In this document: in pieces, positions 10,997 through 23,226 of the stretch
Position numbering within the stretch: position 1 is the first letter of the stretch
Layout of the letters: every line of letters begins with the position of its first letter
DNA from: Guillardia theta CCMP2712
Lineage: Eukaryota > Protista > Cryptophyta
DNA length: 64,000 nt
Direction: 5' to 3'
NCBI RefSeq assembly: GCF_000315625.1
Contig: NW_005434493.1
Location: forward strand, 1 to 64,000
Made by a program: the position numbers and the translations under genes
The notes under the pieces: model-generated
Database searches by the model: none
Told to the model about the DNA's origin: nothing
The model's input: only the letters and a program-made list of their open reading frames with translations

Positions 10997-13306
10997 ATGG
11001 CAGCATCTGGAAGCGGGGATCCAGCACTTTCCAATGCTGAAAACCGCATCGCAAGAGACCAATCCATCATGGAGATAGGGCAATCGATATATGTACGAAG
11101 TAAGGTGTTTGGTCGTTACAAGCATGCAAAACAAGCGCTGCTGTCTGTTTACAATTCTGGTTGGAGCACCGTCGCGGTGCGCGGAACCGTTCTATCTAGA
11201 AGTGGAAATGATAAATGGATAGTTGAATGGGACTTTCCAGGTAGAAAGTTGAAGGTTACAATGAAGGAAACTGTTTTGCTTGGAGGTCGAATCCTACAAA
11301 ATGATCAAAATATGCCGATTTCACCCGTTGGGGATGTGGCAAGTGTCGAAGATGACATGAGTCCCGACGACGAACGGGAAGGCGATGAATGGGATTCCGA
11401 TGCCTCCTTCACACAGTTGGAAGAACAGTATTTCATGCTTCCTGGAGGGAGAAATGCCCTGGAATGTGCAATGGACGGAAAAACGCTAAATTGGGTTGTT
11501 TGCTCGCTTGGAGTCAACATGGATCAACGTACCGCATGTGGCTATCCTTTTCGGCAAACTACTATTCGATGGCCAGCTCATATCCAAGTCTTGGCGCGAA
11601 AGCCAGAGATTGACTGCTGGCAATTCCTGTTTCCATGGTCATTTTTCTTTGGAACAAACAGATCTGTAGGCAGTTGTTTGCTCTGGACGAACGATAATTT
11701 GCCCCCTGACGTAACACCGTTTACCGTACATGAATGGGTTCAGTTCATAGGCCTTCTGTACGGTCGGACATTAGTTCCAAAAGGCCGGATGAGGTACATG
11801 TGGGGTCACGACCGTCCCGGCTTTGTCCCATCCATGGATGTTGGGCGAAGATTTGGGATCAGCCGTAGACGGTATGAAACATGGAGGAAATATCTCAAAT
11901 TCTGGCCACCGTCAGCAGATCATGCACAGAATAGATTTGACATGATTAGACCTCTGGTTGAAGCTTTTAATCAAAATAGAATAGAGACAATCAACGCAGG
12001 TAGTGAGTTGGTCATCGATGAAAGTATGGGGAAATGGCGCCCTTACATACAAGTAAGAAGGAGATATTACATAGATTGTGCACTGAATGTTGTTGTTTGC
12101 TAGAACACCAACGAAAGTATCCCTCAATTGACAAAAATTGCTCGAAAACCCGTCGGAGTAGGTACAGAATACAAGAACATCGCTGAGTGCACTTTTGGAA
12201 TCATGTTATCGTTGGAGGTTCAGGAAGGCAAGAATTTGATGCAAAATCTCCCTTTCACGGAGAGATATGCCAAGCACACTGCTTTGGTGCTTAGGCTAGC
12301 GCAGAATTATCTCAACAAAGGGCATATTGTATACGGAGACTCTGCTTTTTCATCAGTTTCCACCGCAACTGCTCTGCTGGAACACAACACGTTTTACACT
12401 GGTTTGGTAAAACAGTGCTTCAAGGGATTCCCAAAACAGTACCTTAACACGTTGGCTTGGCAGGGAAACGAAGCCAGAGGGTCCACGAAGACTGTCAGGC
12501 TGATAGTGGACATCAATGGACAAGAAAAGAAGGTGTACGGGCATGCATGGAATGAGCCTGGCAGGGTCGGTATACCGCGAAAGTTGTTGATTTCCACGTG
12601 GAATACAACGCAGGAAACTGATGGACACGTTAAAGATCGTTGGAGAATTAATCCACAAACCAGACAGACCGAGCATTATAACTTTACAGTGCCAAGAACG
12701 AAGATGGTGAAGTCATATTTCAATGCTGCTTCAATCATCGATGTTCACAATCACCTCAGGCAGGATGGTTTGGGGATGGAAAACGCTATTGGAACAATAG
12801 ATTGGCGATTCAGAATCTTTTGTACTGTATTGGGCTTCATCGAAGTGGATGCATACAAGCTTTTCACGCAGTGTAACCAGTTGCAAGATGACGTGGAACA
12901 CAGGGAGTTCATTGACGTCCTTACTTTGCAAATGTTACAAAATCATTACGAAGGCGATGTGGCAAGGAGGAACATGCGTCGAAGTCTTCGCAATCGACAG
13001 TCTAATTCATCTGACTCATCCTCACAGGGGTTGAGGCCGTCACAGGAAGGGCATGACCTCATACTGGTCAGCGATTTTCAGCAGAGAAAGCACCTTCCCA
13101 CGAGCCGAGGTGATGTGAATAGAAAATTACCACGAGTCAGATGCAAAATCTGCAGAGATTCACATGGTCAGGGACGTAAAACTATCTATTGTTGTGACCA
13201 ATGCAGTGAAAATGATCCCCACAAGCGTCCATTTGGTATTTGTGGTATGGCAGCAGGTCGAAGGTGTATCAACCAGCATATCCTACAACATAATGAACAA
13301 CGGTAA
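10997..13306 (+). CDS. piggyBac-like transposase, 2 exons (10997-12052, 12104-13306), ~752 aa
   Basis: LVIDESM, VYGDSAFSS, IIDVHNHLR (DDD triad); C-terminal Cys-rich domain CKIC...CDQC...C...C..H; a 51-nt GT-AG intron joins the two ORFs in frame. Confidence 0.88.
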
Positions 13307-13760
13307 AAGTTTCATTTTCATCAGTAAAAGTGGTTGATTTCTGTTTCATACACAAACATCTGGTAGCATATAACATGAAAAAGGCCTGATCTACTGGTTT
13401 GTTCTTGTTTGGGTATAGGGTTCATACTTCTGGCGTGAGAGTGAAAACACATTTTCCTATTGTAGCACTGATAAATACAAGCCGCATTGCAAAAATTTCT
13501 CATGAGATATTCAATCAAGACACTTTCATGTGGAATTGTGCTGCATACTTGAGCTTGATCTGAAATTTTCGTCCTTTCACGCAGCTCTCCGTCGACACCT
13601 TCTCGCCATCATTCGCCGACATCACGGACCCCACCATACCTTCATATACCCCCACCCCCCCCTACAAACTATTATTGTATTTCGAAAGTACCGGTCTTTT
13701 CTAAGATACTTGGACCCCCATCCCAACAATTTGCCTAACCCTAAGAAAACTTGCCGAAAA

Positions 13761-13866
13761 TGCCAGGAAATAAGGAACCTGCCAGGAAATAAGGAACCTC
13801 CTAAACCCTAAACCCTAAACCCTAAACCCTAAACCCTAAACCCTAAACCCTAAACCCTAAACCCTA
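13761..13866. repeat. Two A1-type minisatellite units followed by a telomeric tract (13800-13866)
   Basis: Direct reading; 13761-13811 is identical to 10844-10894. Confidence 0.95.
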
Positions 13867-14039
13867 TTATTATTATGTGAGTTTATTAGAATGCTAGAAT
13901 GTTGCTCGGCCTCGTTGTGGGCTTGTGCAATTGGATCCTAGTCTAAAGAGGCGCTCGAGCACTGGGAGTACACGGCCTACAATGCGAACCCTGCTTCTGA
14001 GGCGTCTTTCTACTCTCTACTTCTGCTGTCTTCTCTTGG

Positions 14040-14262
14040 CTTCCTCAGCCTCAGTCAGGAGAGTTGCCTCTCCTCACCTTGGCCTTCGGTCACCACCTAC
14101 TCTACCTCCATTCAGCTTCCTCAGCCTCAGTCAGAAGAGTTGCCTCTCCTCACCTTGGCCTTCGGTCGCCACCTACTCGTCCTCCATTCAGCTTCCTCAG
14201 CTTCAGTCAGGAGAGTTGCCTCTCCTCACCTTGGCCTTCGGTCGCCTCCTACCTTCTCTCCT
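14040..14262. repeat. ~76-bp tandem repeat x3 in the B1 3' UTR
   Basis: cttcctcagcctcagtcag(g/a)agagttgcctctcctcaccttggccttcggtc recurs with a period of about 76. Confidence 0.85.
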
Positions 14263-14277
14263 TACCTTGGGCTCAGC

Positions 14278-16349
14278 TCAAGCTCGGTACGGGCTCGCCC
14301 CGTCTTCTTCCTCGCCCTCGCCTTGCTCTTCCTCCATGTCTTCCTCTTCTTCGTCATCTTCCCTCATCTCCACTCGCAGTCGGTCCTTCTTGTCCACCTT
14401 CAGCGAGCAGGCCAGCACATGCATCTCTGCGAATTTACTCAGTGCTATGAACAGGAGGCTAAGAGATCGACGCTCTATGTCGTCGCTCTCCGCCTCCTGC
14501 TCAAGCTCAGCAGCTGCCGTTGCCCGTGGCGAGAACGCGCTGCCCCTCCTTGCCTTCTTGCTCTCTCCTTGCACGCGAGTCCAGCGCTTGCTCTGCAGCC
14601 ACTTCCCCAGCTTCTCCTTGAGCGCGTTGCGTCCCACTCCCTGCTCCTCTGGCATCTTCGCCCACTCTCCCAGCGCCATGAACTCCAGGCTCCCCGGAGA
14701 GTAGAAGGTGTCGTGGAGGTTGCCAACGGCCTTGTCCAGGACCAGCTTGATCGGCTCGCTCGTCCCTGCCTCGTTCAAAGAAGCTGCATCTTCGATGACT
14801 GCTGACAGCTCGCTGACGAGCTGCATGTCCTCTTGGCTTGACGGAGATGCTGCCTCCATTGTGATCCTCTCCATGTCTGTAAACTCCAGCCACTCTCCCT
14901 CGCTCTCCTCCTGTCGCTGCGCTGCGTCGCTGGTGCCCCGCTGACCAGCCGCCTCAGAGTCAGGCTCCTTGTCGAAGCCGACTGCTTCGAGCTTGGTTGC
15001 TGCGCCTTCGAGATAGAAGGGCAGCTCCTTCATCATGCGTCGAGCATCCTCCGTGGAGCCGAGGAGGATGCATAGCTTGGACCCGTTCCAGGACTTGGTG
15101 TTCAAATCCTCCTCCATGTCGATGCCTTCAACGTTGATCTCGAGCCTGTTAGCGATCTCCAACAAGACTCTCTTGACTCTTGCGATAGACGTGTTGCCGC
15201 CGTTGCACAGCCCCTCCATCTCCTTCCTCGTGAAGCGACCAGATGCCGCCGTCGACTTGATGATGATCTTGATCTCCTTGCCGTCCTTGCCGCCTGCCTT
15301 CTTCTGCAGTCTTGATGCCTTCTTCAACTTATTTCTGGACACAAAGCGATCAGCTGTCAACTCGACTGCGAGCGCCTCTCTGATCTTCGGGTCCTCGCTG
15401 AACAGAGTCAGGTGTACTCCCTCCATCGCTTCGCTCTCTCGGAAAGCTCGAAATGCTGTATCATTCGCCTCTGGGCAGCTCGAGGAGACGATCCACTCCA
15501 CCTCCCTCTGTCTCCAGATGACGTTGGCCCCTACAGCGATGAAGCCTTTCTGACCTAAGCCTTTGTGGACTTGCTGTCCTGGCGCCCCAGCGACCAGCAT
15601 GCCTGCCAGCGGCTGGAGTTGGACCGCTGCAAGGGACTGGCGCAGCAGCTGATAGCGATAGACGGCAGCTATCTCAGCCGTTGTCATGCCGCCCAAGGTT
15701 AGCAGGTGAGTCAGCTCTGCCAAGCTGCCCCCTTTGCCCCAGGGTCCTCTCTTGGCTCGAATCTTGAAAGATCTATCGTGCACGATGCTCACATGTACAG
15801 CTGTGAACTTGCGACCATCGATCGCGAAGTCCTCTCTTCCCTGCCAGAGCTTCTCCGCTTGTGCATTGCGGAGGAAGGAAACAGTCACCGGGATCTCCTC
15901 AGCACTCGCTATCTCGGGTCTATACGGAGCCTTCCACATGATTGCTTTACTCTCTTGCACTGAGTCTACGATCAGTCCGATCTCTTCAAATTTCTTCTTC
16001 AGCTTTTCTTCATGGTTGACATACACCGAGGAGATGCCCAGGAGAGTCATGGAGATGAAGGAAGTCACCTCGTTGCCTGCTGAGGCGGTGTATGTCTCGA
16101 CCTTCTCCTTCTTGGCTTCTTCAATCTGCTGCATAAACCACTCTCTGGATGCGTCACTCCATCCAGTCATCGCTTCTTGCAGAAGCTCACGTCGTGCCTG
16201 CTGACATGTCGAGCGGATGGCTGGAGTGGAGCGTCGGGGGTGCATCCCTCCACAGCCTTGCAAGCCTGGGCTGTCCTGCTGTTCGGATAACGCTTCGCGA
16301 AGCTCTTCACCCTCTCGACGAGATCAGCTTCGAGGACAGAGGCATCCAC
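14278..16349 (-). pseudogene. Family B ORF1 homologue (frameshift near the N-terminus)
   Basis: KAPYRPEIASAEEIPVTVSFLRN aligns to A ORF1 KAPLKPDLAKAEEIPAVITFVRN; LLFIALSKF vs LLFIALNKF. Confidence 0.85.
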
Positions 16350-16386
16350 AAGTCCGCTCTGCGTGTATTGGCATGATCTCCGATAC

Positions 16387-17455
16387 CGTCTTCTCGCCTT
16401 TCCATCCGGTTAGGTATACGTTCCATGGTGAGCTCTGCCGCTTGCCATTCCTTGTAACCTGTATCTTGCGCGTGCTGTAGAGCTCTGCAGATGCAGTGGG
16501 TTGTTTCTCGCATGTGCACATGTTCCATACCCCCCCCCCAGAGCCCATCCAGCAGCAGATGTCTGGTTCTCATGAGCCATTGCTGATGTGGAGGGACGCC
16601 TTGTTGCCTCCCTGTGTTGAAGATATCTTGTTGTTGCGTTTGCCTTCGTGTCTTTGCGATCAGCAGCAGATGCAGCACAACGAAAATTCCACAATTGTAG
16701 CCGTCTGTTTGTTGCAGCCCAGTTGACACACATGCCCTCCATGCCGTGTCGTCACAGTGTTCTTGTTGATCGCTAATTGCCTCGGTGATAATCGTCGCCA
16801 CGAGTGATGCTAGGTCCATTCGCTGTGCGCCCCCCAATTGAAACTGTGCCTCCCTTTGGCTTCTGACTGTCCCCAGGTCTCTCTCAAGGGCCGTGCTAAG
16901 CGAGTCGACGATGTGTATTCTTTTTGTGTTAACATCTGCCACGATTAGGATCCAATGATTGCCGTTCTCTACACATGGGAATAAGAATGGTTGAGCTGCC
17001 CCGGCTAGCAGTCGTTTTGCTCTCCGTGCCCTTCCCTCCTGATCTCTCAAACACGCTACTATTCTCGGGAGAACAATGGTCCCTCTCTGCAGCCCAAATT
17101 GGTTTCTAGTTTGCTCGCTGGCATACCTCGTGCCTTGGAGCCATGCTATTTGAAATCTGTCTTCCGCTGGTTCTAAATTTCGGTTTACCTCAACGATTAA
17201 TGCCTCCATAACGTCCTCAGAGAGAAATCCATCTTCTCCTGAGTTGAGCAGCGCCGCTGCTCCGTACTCTCTATTGTTTTCCCGTAGACTCCAGGGGATC
17301 TCCCCTATCAAGTCGAATGTTTGTATTTTTCTGTTTTTTGGATTTTCTTTGTCATTGTTTTTCTCACCTTCTTGTCTCTTTCTGCTTGATTCCACCACGC
17401 CCTGGTGCCCACTGTCCCACCTGCCCTCAACTCCTCCTCCTCCTCCTGCTTCCAT
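16387..17455 (-). pseudogene. A2 ORF2 N-terminus (Ulp1-like protease), truncated
   Basis: NHWILI...VDSL...QQTDGYNCG. Confidence 0.85.
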
Positions 17456-19169
17456 TAGGCTTGCGCTGCTGGGAAGGAGTCAAGCGACATCTCTTCCGAT
17501 TCTGCCGCCATGCTCCCAGCCTCGGGTACATCTTCCATTCGAGCGTCTTTCATCTGTAGCTCACTGCTCAAAACAAATTTCAATTCGTTTCTATCTCCCA
17601 GCATTCCTACGAGGGAGAGCGCTGTTGCCTCCAGGAATTTATTCAAAGCAATGAAGAGGAGATCAGTTTTCAATGGCTTCTCTTCATTTGGTGCGAAAGC
17701 GCTGTTCTTGCGTTTCGCTACCTTCCACGTATGCCTGCCCGCGATCACCCTGATTCGTTCACGCAGTCGCTTGCTCACGGCATTCTCTGCCGCGTTGGCA
17801 CCCTTATCAGCCCACTCTTGTAGCGTGGGGAAGGATGCATTTCTTGGGCTCTCCGGAGCCATCTCTTGCACCGCGTCATCAAGATGGAGTTGAAGCTGTC
17901 CTTGCTGTTGCAGCTCGCTCCTAGTTACGTCAGCAATCGCTTCCTTAAGTTCTTCGACGACCACGTCCGTTCCCGCATCTGGGAGGTTTGTTTCATTGAT
18001 AATGGAACTGAGCTCGATCTCTTTCCACACAGTTCCTTCTGCTCTGGTCCCCGTCGCTGGTGACCTGGCCTCAGGGTTAGACTGAGCGCGAGTTGCCTGA
18101 GGCGACACTTGGAGGTTCAGACTGCTCGCTGTCGTTTGGATTTCAACTGTGCCTTGCCAGCAGAGGAGCTGTGTGGGGAATTCAGCCATCATCTTTCTTG
18201 CACTACTTTCACTGCGTAGCCGGAGAATGATACCAGACCCATCCCAGATCCCTGTTTCTGGATCGCATTGGAGGTGGATCCGTTGGAGATCTTTTTCCAC
18301 CTGTGGATCAAAGCAAGCGACAGCCCTCCGAATGTTTCGGATGACTTTTGCTCTGCCCGTTTCGTCACTTGCGCAGATTTTTTCGATCTCGTTTCGGGAG
18401 AACTTCCCTGACGGCACAGGAGAGGAGATTTGTACCGAGTACAGCATCTCTGCTCCCGTTGCCATTGCCGTGCCCTCTTGTCGCACCGCATTCTTCATAT
18501 TCTTGTGCAGCGCCGTTGCTTCCATCTGCACTGAGAACCATTTCAGTATTTTGTCATTCTCTGAGACCAGTCCCAAAGTGACTCCTGCACGATCCTTTCC
18601 ATGTCGATCGAATGCTTGAAGAACGATGTCCGCTGCTTCAAGGCTCGAGCACGTTGCGATCCAGTCGACCTCTCTGTTCTGGTTGACTGTTTCTATTCCT
18701 ACCGCAGCGAACACCTTCTTTGGCGGTAGGTTCCTCTTGGGGGGGAGGTTCACTGTCATTCCCGCGTTTGGGATCAGATCAATGATCGCTAATCCCTGCT
18801 TCAGGCATAGCTGCCTGTAGATCTCACATATGTCACCTGTGCTCGAATCGTTGAGCATCAGGAGTTGGGCCACCTCAGCTAGGATTCCAACTCTGCCCAT
18901 GTTCTCCTTCTTTGGCCGCATCTTGAACGAGATCGGTGGGTTGGCTGCTGGGTTCACTGCTAGAATCCTCCTGCCTGCCACCTTGAAGGTACCCTCTCCT
19001 TTCCAGAGTTTCTCAGCCGCCTCATTGCGGACAAATGTGATCACTGCTGGGATCTCCGCTGCCTGACACCCTCCGCTTCATCTGGTATCTGGCGGACATC
19101 ATTGCTCAGCGCTCGATGCCCAGCGTCATCCCTCTTGCTCTTCAAGCTTGAGGCATAAGTTTTCCACCT

Positions 19170-19397
19170 TGTTAGGAAAACTTCCTACAAATATCTCTCG
19201 ATCCAGCGTTGACACACGAAGTGATCCCGTCAAGAAACCAAAGAACAAGCGCGCGACAGCAATGCACAATTCAACGGCAATTTACTCCAAATCAACGTTA
19301 GAGATAAAGAAAAGTAAGTAATCTAATTTCCTAAGAAACGAGACTGCCTAGGACACCTACTTAAGAAAGACAGGAAGTCAGTAAACATATCCTATCA
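19170..19397 (-). repeat. 3' LTR
   Basis: Near-identical to 24709-24936. Confidence 0.95.
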
Positions 19398-19465
19398 TTT
19401 CGCTCCCTAGCGCTGATAGATGAGAACACACTTCTCAGCTCCAACTTCGCTGCAAACACCAAGAA

Positions 19466-22258
19466 TCATTTAGCATTCACAAGATTGAAATCACGAATCA
19501 TTTTCCTCAACTCTGGAGTGCGAAATTCACGCGTAGACAACCAAGAATCATCCGACGACTTGTCATATCCTTTCCAACGAACCAGGTACTGCACACGATT
19601 ACCTTTCCCACGACGAGCCAAAATACGATCGACTTCAAAATACTGTCCATCGCGTTGAACCAAAGGCAACGGTGGTGGTTCAATTTCATCCAGAGAAACA
19701 TCTCGAAAATAGTAAGGACGAAGTTTCGCCACGTTGAAAACTGTTTTCTTCATGTGTTGAAAACGCGGTGTAAACTCCAAGCGCACAGAGTTATCTGAAA
19801 CTTTCTCTTGTATCTCGAAAGGCCCAATGAAACGAATTTTCATCTTGCCCATGGACTCATGCAACTTCAAATCGCGCGTCGACAACATAACGAAGTCGCC
19901 AACATTGAATTGTAGATCCTTTCGAGATTTCTTCATAGCCTTCTCCTTCTGAATCGCTGACAACGTTAACGCATCGCGAGCCAAGTCGACGGCCGCCATG
20001 ATCTTGTCACGTACCTCTTCCACGTCCTCAGCACGATCGTCAGGAGTCAGGTCCAAAACTGTACGAACGTCTCTGCCATAGATGATCTCGAACGGCGTAA
20101 GATTCGTCGCATCTCTAACGGTCGTATTCCAAATTGTCTCCAGATGTACGAGATAATCATCCCAAGACTTGCTATCGTGCCGCATGCAGTAGATCCGCAA
20201 GGCTTCAACTATGACACTGTTGAACTTCTCAACTCGTCCCTGCGACTGCGGATGATAAACGCTGCTATGGCGTATGTCGATTCCCATGAGAGTGAACAAC
20301 TCAGTCCAAAATTCTGAAGAAAATAAACTCCCGTTGTCCGAGACCAACGTTTTGCAAATCCCTTGAGCACGATAAACCGTCTCGAAATACGCACGAGCTG
20401 CTCCTTTCGATGTGATCGTCTTCTTACACGGATACAAGAACACCCTGTTGGAAAACTGATCGAGAAACACCAAGACACTGTCGTTTCCCCGCTTCGAGGT
20501 GGGCAGCGCTGTAAGCAAATCCACTGAAATCTTCTCGAATCGCTCACGCGGAACCAAATGACTGTGCGGTTCGCCAGCCGCTCGTTGCTTGTAACTCTTG
20601 CCTTGCAAGCACTCCGCACACGAGTTGACATAGTTCGCGACGTCCTTACTCATGGTAGGCCAGAAAGCGATTTGCGACGCCTTCAAGAAAGTCTTCGTCT
20701 TCCCTACATGGCAAGAATCGTCATGAATCAGGCGCAAGAACTTCGCTCGAGAATGATAAGGAATGCACACACGTTCCCGACCAAGCGAGTCCTTCCAAAA
20801 CAAGACTCCGTCTCGCAGAAAATAAGTTCGACGCTGCATTGGGACTAGGTTTCCCTGTTGGATGTCCTGGAGAACCTGCGCGAAATATCTGTCCTGCTGA
20901 TAATTTTTGACGACATCAGCTGTAAATGCGTTGTCTGTTGCTAGAGCGTAGCAGTGCGTAACAACCTCTGCATCACTGTCAGTCACCTCCATCACCTCCC
21001 CCTCCCCAGAGGACGAGATGGTACAAAGCAAGGTAGGATCCAAGTTGACCAAATCAGCACGCTGTCGAATCTCATCGTCTAACGCACTCTGTGACGGCAC
21101 AACCGTAGAATCGTTCGGACGAGATAGGTAGTCAGCGATGACATTCTCTTCTCCAGGAATGTAGGAGATTTCATCCAAATCGAAATCAGCAAGAATTTGA
21201 CTCCATCGAAACAATCGACCCGTGAGGTTGCTCTGCGTGAGAAGATACTTGAGACTCTTGTGATCTGTACGAACCAACACCCTGCGTCCGTACAAGTAAA
21301 ACTTGAAATGCACCAATGCTGAAATCAATCCCAGAAGCTCTTTCTCGCGCACTGAATAATTTACCTCGGCACTGTTGAGACGCTTGCTGAAGAAGGCGAC
21401 AGGCAACAGATCTTCGCCATGCTGTTGTGTCAAGACAGCACCAATGGCGTAGTCGCTCGCATCGACCAACACGCAAGTAGCTAACGCTGGGTTGAAGTAC
21501 CTTAAAACAGGGGCTGATATCAAACGCTTCTTCAGCTCCTGAAAGGCCGCTTCTTGCGCATCATCCCAACAAAACTTCACATTCTTACGTAGAAGATTCG
21601 TTAGCGGAAGTGCTAACGCTGCGTAATCCGGCACATACTTCCTGTAAAAGTTCAACACTCCCAAAAACGACTTGAGTTCCTTCGCTGTTTGCGGCGCCGA
21701 ACGATCCACAATCGCTTGTACCTTTTTCTCTTGTGTCGAGACGCCTGCCTCGCTGATGTGGAAACCGAGGAAATCAATTTCAGAGTGAAACAGCTTACAT
21801 TTCGACTTCTTGACAAACAACTGCTCTTTACGAAATCGATCCAGAGCCTGTCGAAGCAAACGCTCATGTCTCTCCAAGCTCCCATAACTGATCAAGCAAA
21901 CATCGTCGATATAGCTCAGGCAATTCTCGAGACCTTGAAGAACACTCTCGAGAAATTTCTGAAATTGATTTGCCGAATCTACCAAGCCGAAAGGAATCCT
22001 CCGATACTGATATTTCCCAAACTTCGTGATGAAACAGGTGTACTTCCTCGACGCGGCGTCCAACTCAAGTTGCCAAAAACTTTTCGCCAGGTCGAGTGAG
22101 CTGATCCACAACCGTGCCCCAGGTTCTGAAGCATAACGCGCTCTCTCTTCCATGATCTTTCGACCCACTCGTTCTATCAGCTCCATCACCAACGGCAATG
22201 GAAAGTTATCATTCCGGATCAAGCTGTTAACGAACCTCATATCAGTGCAAAAACGCAA
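19466..22258 (-). CDS. Gypsy pol: RT, RNase H, integrase, chromodomain
   Basis: YIDD; DASDYAIGAVL; HHCC; SDNG...SQGRVEK; FEVDRIL...YLVRWKGY...DSW. Confidence 0.95.
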   Translation of the reverse strand: MRFCTDMRFVNSLIRNDNFPLPLVMELIERVGRKIMEERARYASEPGARLWISSLDLAKSFWQLELDAASRKYTCFITKFGKYQYRRIPFGLVDSANQFQKFLESVLQGLENCLSYIDDVCLISYGSLERHERLLRQALDRFRKEQLFVKKSKCKLFHSEIDFLGFHISEAGVSTQEKKVQAIVDRSAPQTAKELKSFLGVLNFYRKYVPDYAALALPLTNLLRKNVKFCWDDAQEAAFQELKKRLISAPVLRYFNPALATCVLVDASDYAIGAVLTQQHGEDLLPVAFFSKRLNSAEVNYSVREKELLGLISALVHFKFYLYGRRVLVRTDHKSLKYLLTQSNLTGRLFRWSQILADFDLDEISYIPGEENVIADYLSRPNDSTVVPSQSALDDEIRQRADLVNLDPTLLCTISSSGEGEVMEVTDSDAEVVTHCYALATDNAFTADVVKNYQQDRYFAQVLQDIQQGNLVPMQRRTYFLRDGVLFWKDSLGRERVCIPYHSRAKFLRLIHDDSCHVGKTKTFLKASQIAFWPTMSKDVANYVNSCAECLQGKSYKQRAAGEPHSHLVPRERFEKISVDLLTALPTSKRGNDSVLVFLDQFSNRVFLYPCKKTITSKGAARAYFETVYRAQGICKTLVSDNGSLFSSEFWTELFTLMGIDIRHSSVYHPQSQGRVEKFNSVIVEALRIYCMRHDSKSWDDYLVHLETIWNTTVRDATNLTPFEIIYGRDVRTVLDLTPDDRAEDVEEVRDKIMAAVDLARDALTLSAIQKEKAMKKSRKDLQFNVGDFVMLSTRDLKLHESMGKMKIRFIGPFEIQEKVSDNSVRLEFTPRFQHMKKTVFNVAKLRPYYFRDVSLDEIEPPPLPLVQRDGQYFEVDRILARRGKGNRVQYLVRWKGYDKSSDDSWLSTREFRTPELRKMIRDFNLVNAK

Positions 22259-23226
22259 TGTACCATCAGACTTTTTGTGAAGATTACGGGAGACGTAAAC
22301 TCAGACGTCGAAGGTTCAATGATTCCACGCTCCAACAAGAAGGCAAGATTCGCTTTCAACTCCTCCTCCAACGCGAGTGGCACAGGGTAAGGTTTCTTTT
22401 GCACCGCCTCAACGTTATCCTTGAGTCGAATCGTCGCCTTGAAGGACCGGTCGAGAACAACGTCGCTGGGAATGTCATCACGAATGACATCCGAATAATC
22501 TTCCATGATCGTCTCGGCAGCCTTCTGCTCGAGACTCGTGGCACCATCTGTCGGCTGAGCCATCTCCAACAGGTTGCACAAATGTACCACGTACCATTCC
22601 GAATCGTTCTGCTTGAGGTCTCTCACTGCCTCAGTGTAAGAAAGTACCTGACACAGCGAGGCGTCCGCAGCCCCAAATTGCTTGTTTGTCGGGCAAACAA
22701 GTAACGGAAGCTCGACCATCTTCTTGCGCCACTTGGCAAAGACTCTGGGGTGACCCGCATCAATCACGATCTTGTTCACACGCATCCATTCCCATGAGAG
22801 GATCATGTCCGCATGCGGCAAGTCAAGCATGTAGAACGACCCACTACTCTTGAAACTGGAGCCTACGCCCAATTTTGTCTGGAAAACCATATCAGACAAC
22901 CTACACGTCCCATCGGCCATGATAACTCGTTTGCGAACTTCTGCATCCGTGACCGACAGACCAAATTTGCGCACTGCCTTCGTGCTGATAAACGACTCTT
23001 CAGCAGCTGTATCGAGCAATGCATTAAGAACTATGGATTGATTCCCGAACCGAAAGGTCACCGGTACCATAGGTAGAGCTTTGATCCTGTGAGAGTCAAC
23101 GGTGATACGACATTGACGAACATCCCTAGGATCTTCTGTCGGAGGTGTGCCCGGGTCGAAGACAACATTCGAAGTCTGCAAACCCGTGCCCCCGTCGATT
23201 GCGCCCTCCGCGGCAACCGACGTCAC
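22237..23226 (-). CDS. Gypsy aspartic protease and RT N-terminus; 1-nt frameshift from the rest of pol
   Basis: ALLDTAAEESF; adding one A to the run at ~22272-22276 restores SPVIFTKKSDGTLRF. Confidence 0.88.
   Translation of the reverse strand: MTSVAAEGAIDGGTGLQTSNVVFDPGTPPTEDPRDVRQCRITVDSHRIKALPMVPVTFRFGNQSIVLNALLDTAAEESFISTKAVRKFGLSVTDAEVRKRVIMADGTCRLSDMVFQTKLGVGSSFKSSGSFYMLDLPHADMILSWEWMRVNKIVIDAGHPRVFAKWRKKMVELPLLVCPTNKQFGAADASLCQVLSYTEAVRDLKQNDSEWYVVHLCNLLEMAQPTDGATSLEQKAAETIMEDYSDVIRDDIPSDVVLDRSFKATIRLKDNVEAVQKKPYPVPLALEEELKANLAFLLERGIIEPSTSEFTSPVIFTKSLMVHCVFALI

Larger units (their letters stand above)
13867..16386 (-). mobile_element. Family B ORF1-only element, copy B1 (5'-truncated, fused to A2)
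   Basis: (TAA)n tail plus TCTAATAAACTCA; ORF homologous to B2; similarity to B2 ends at about 16386. Confidence 0.85.
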
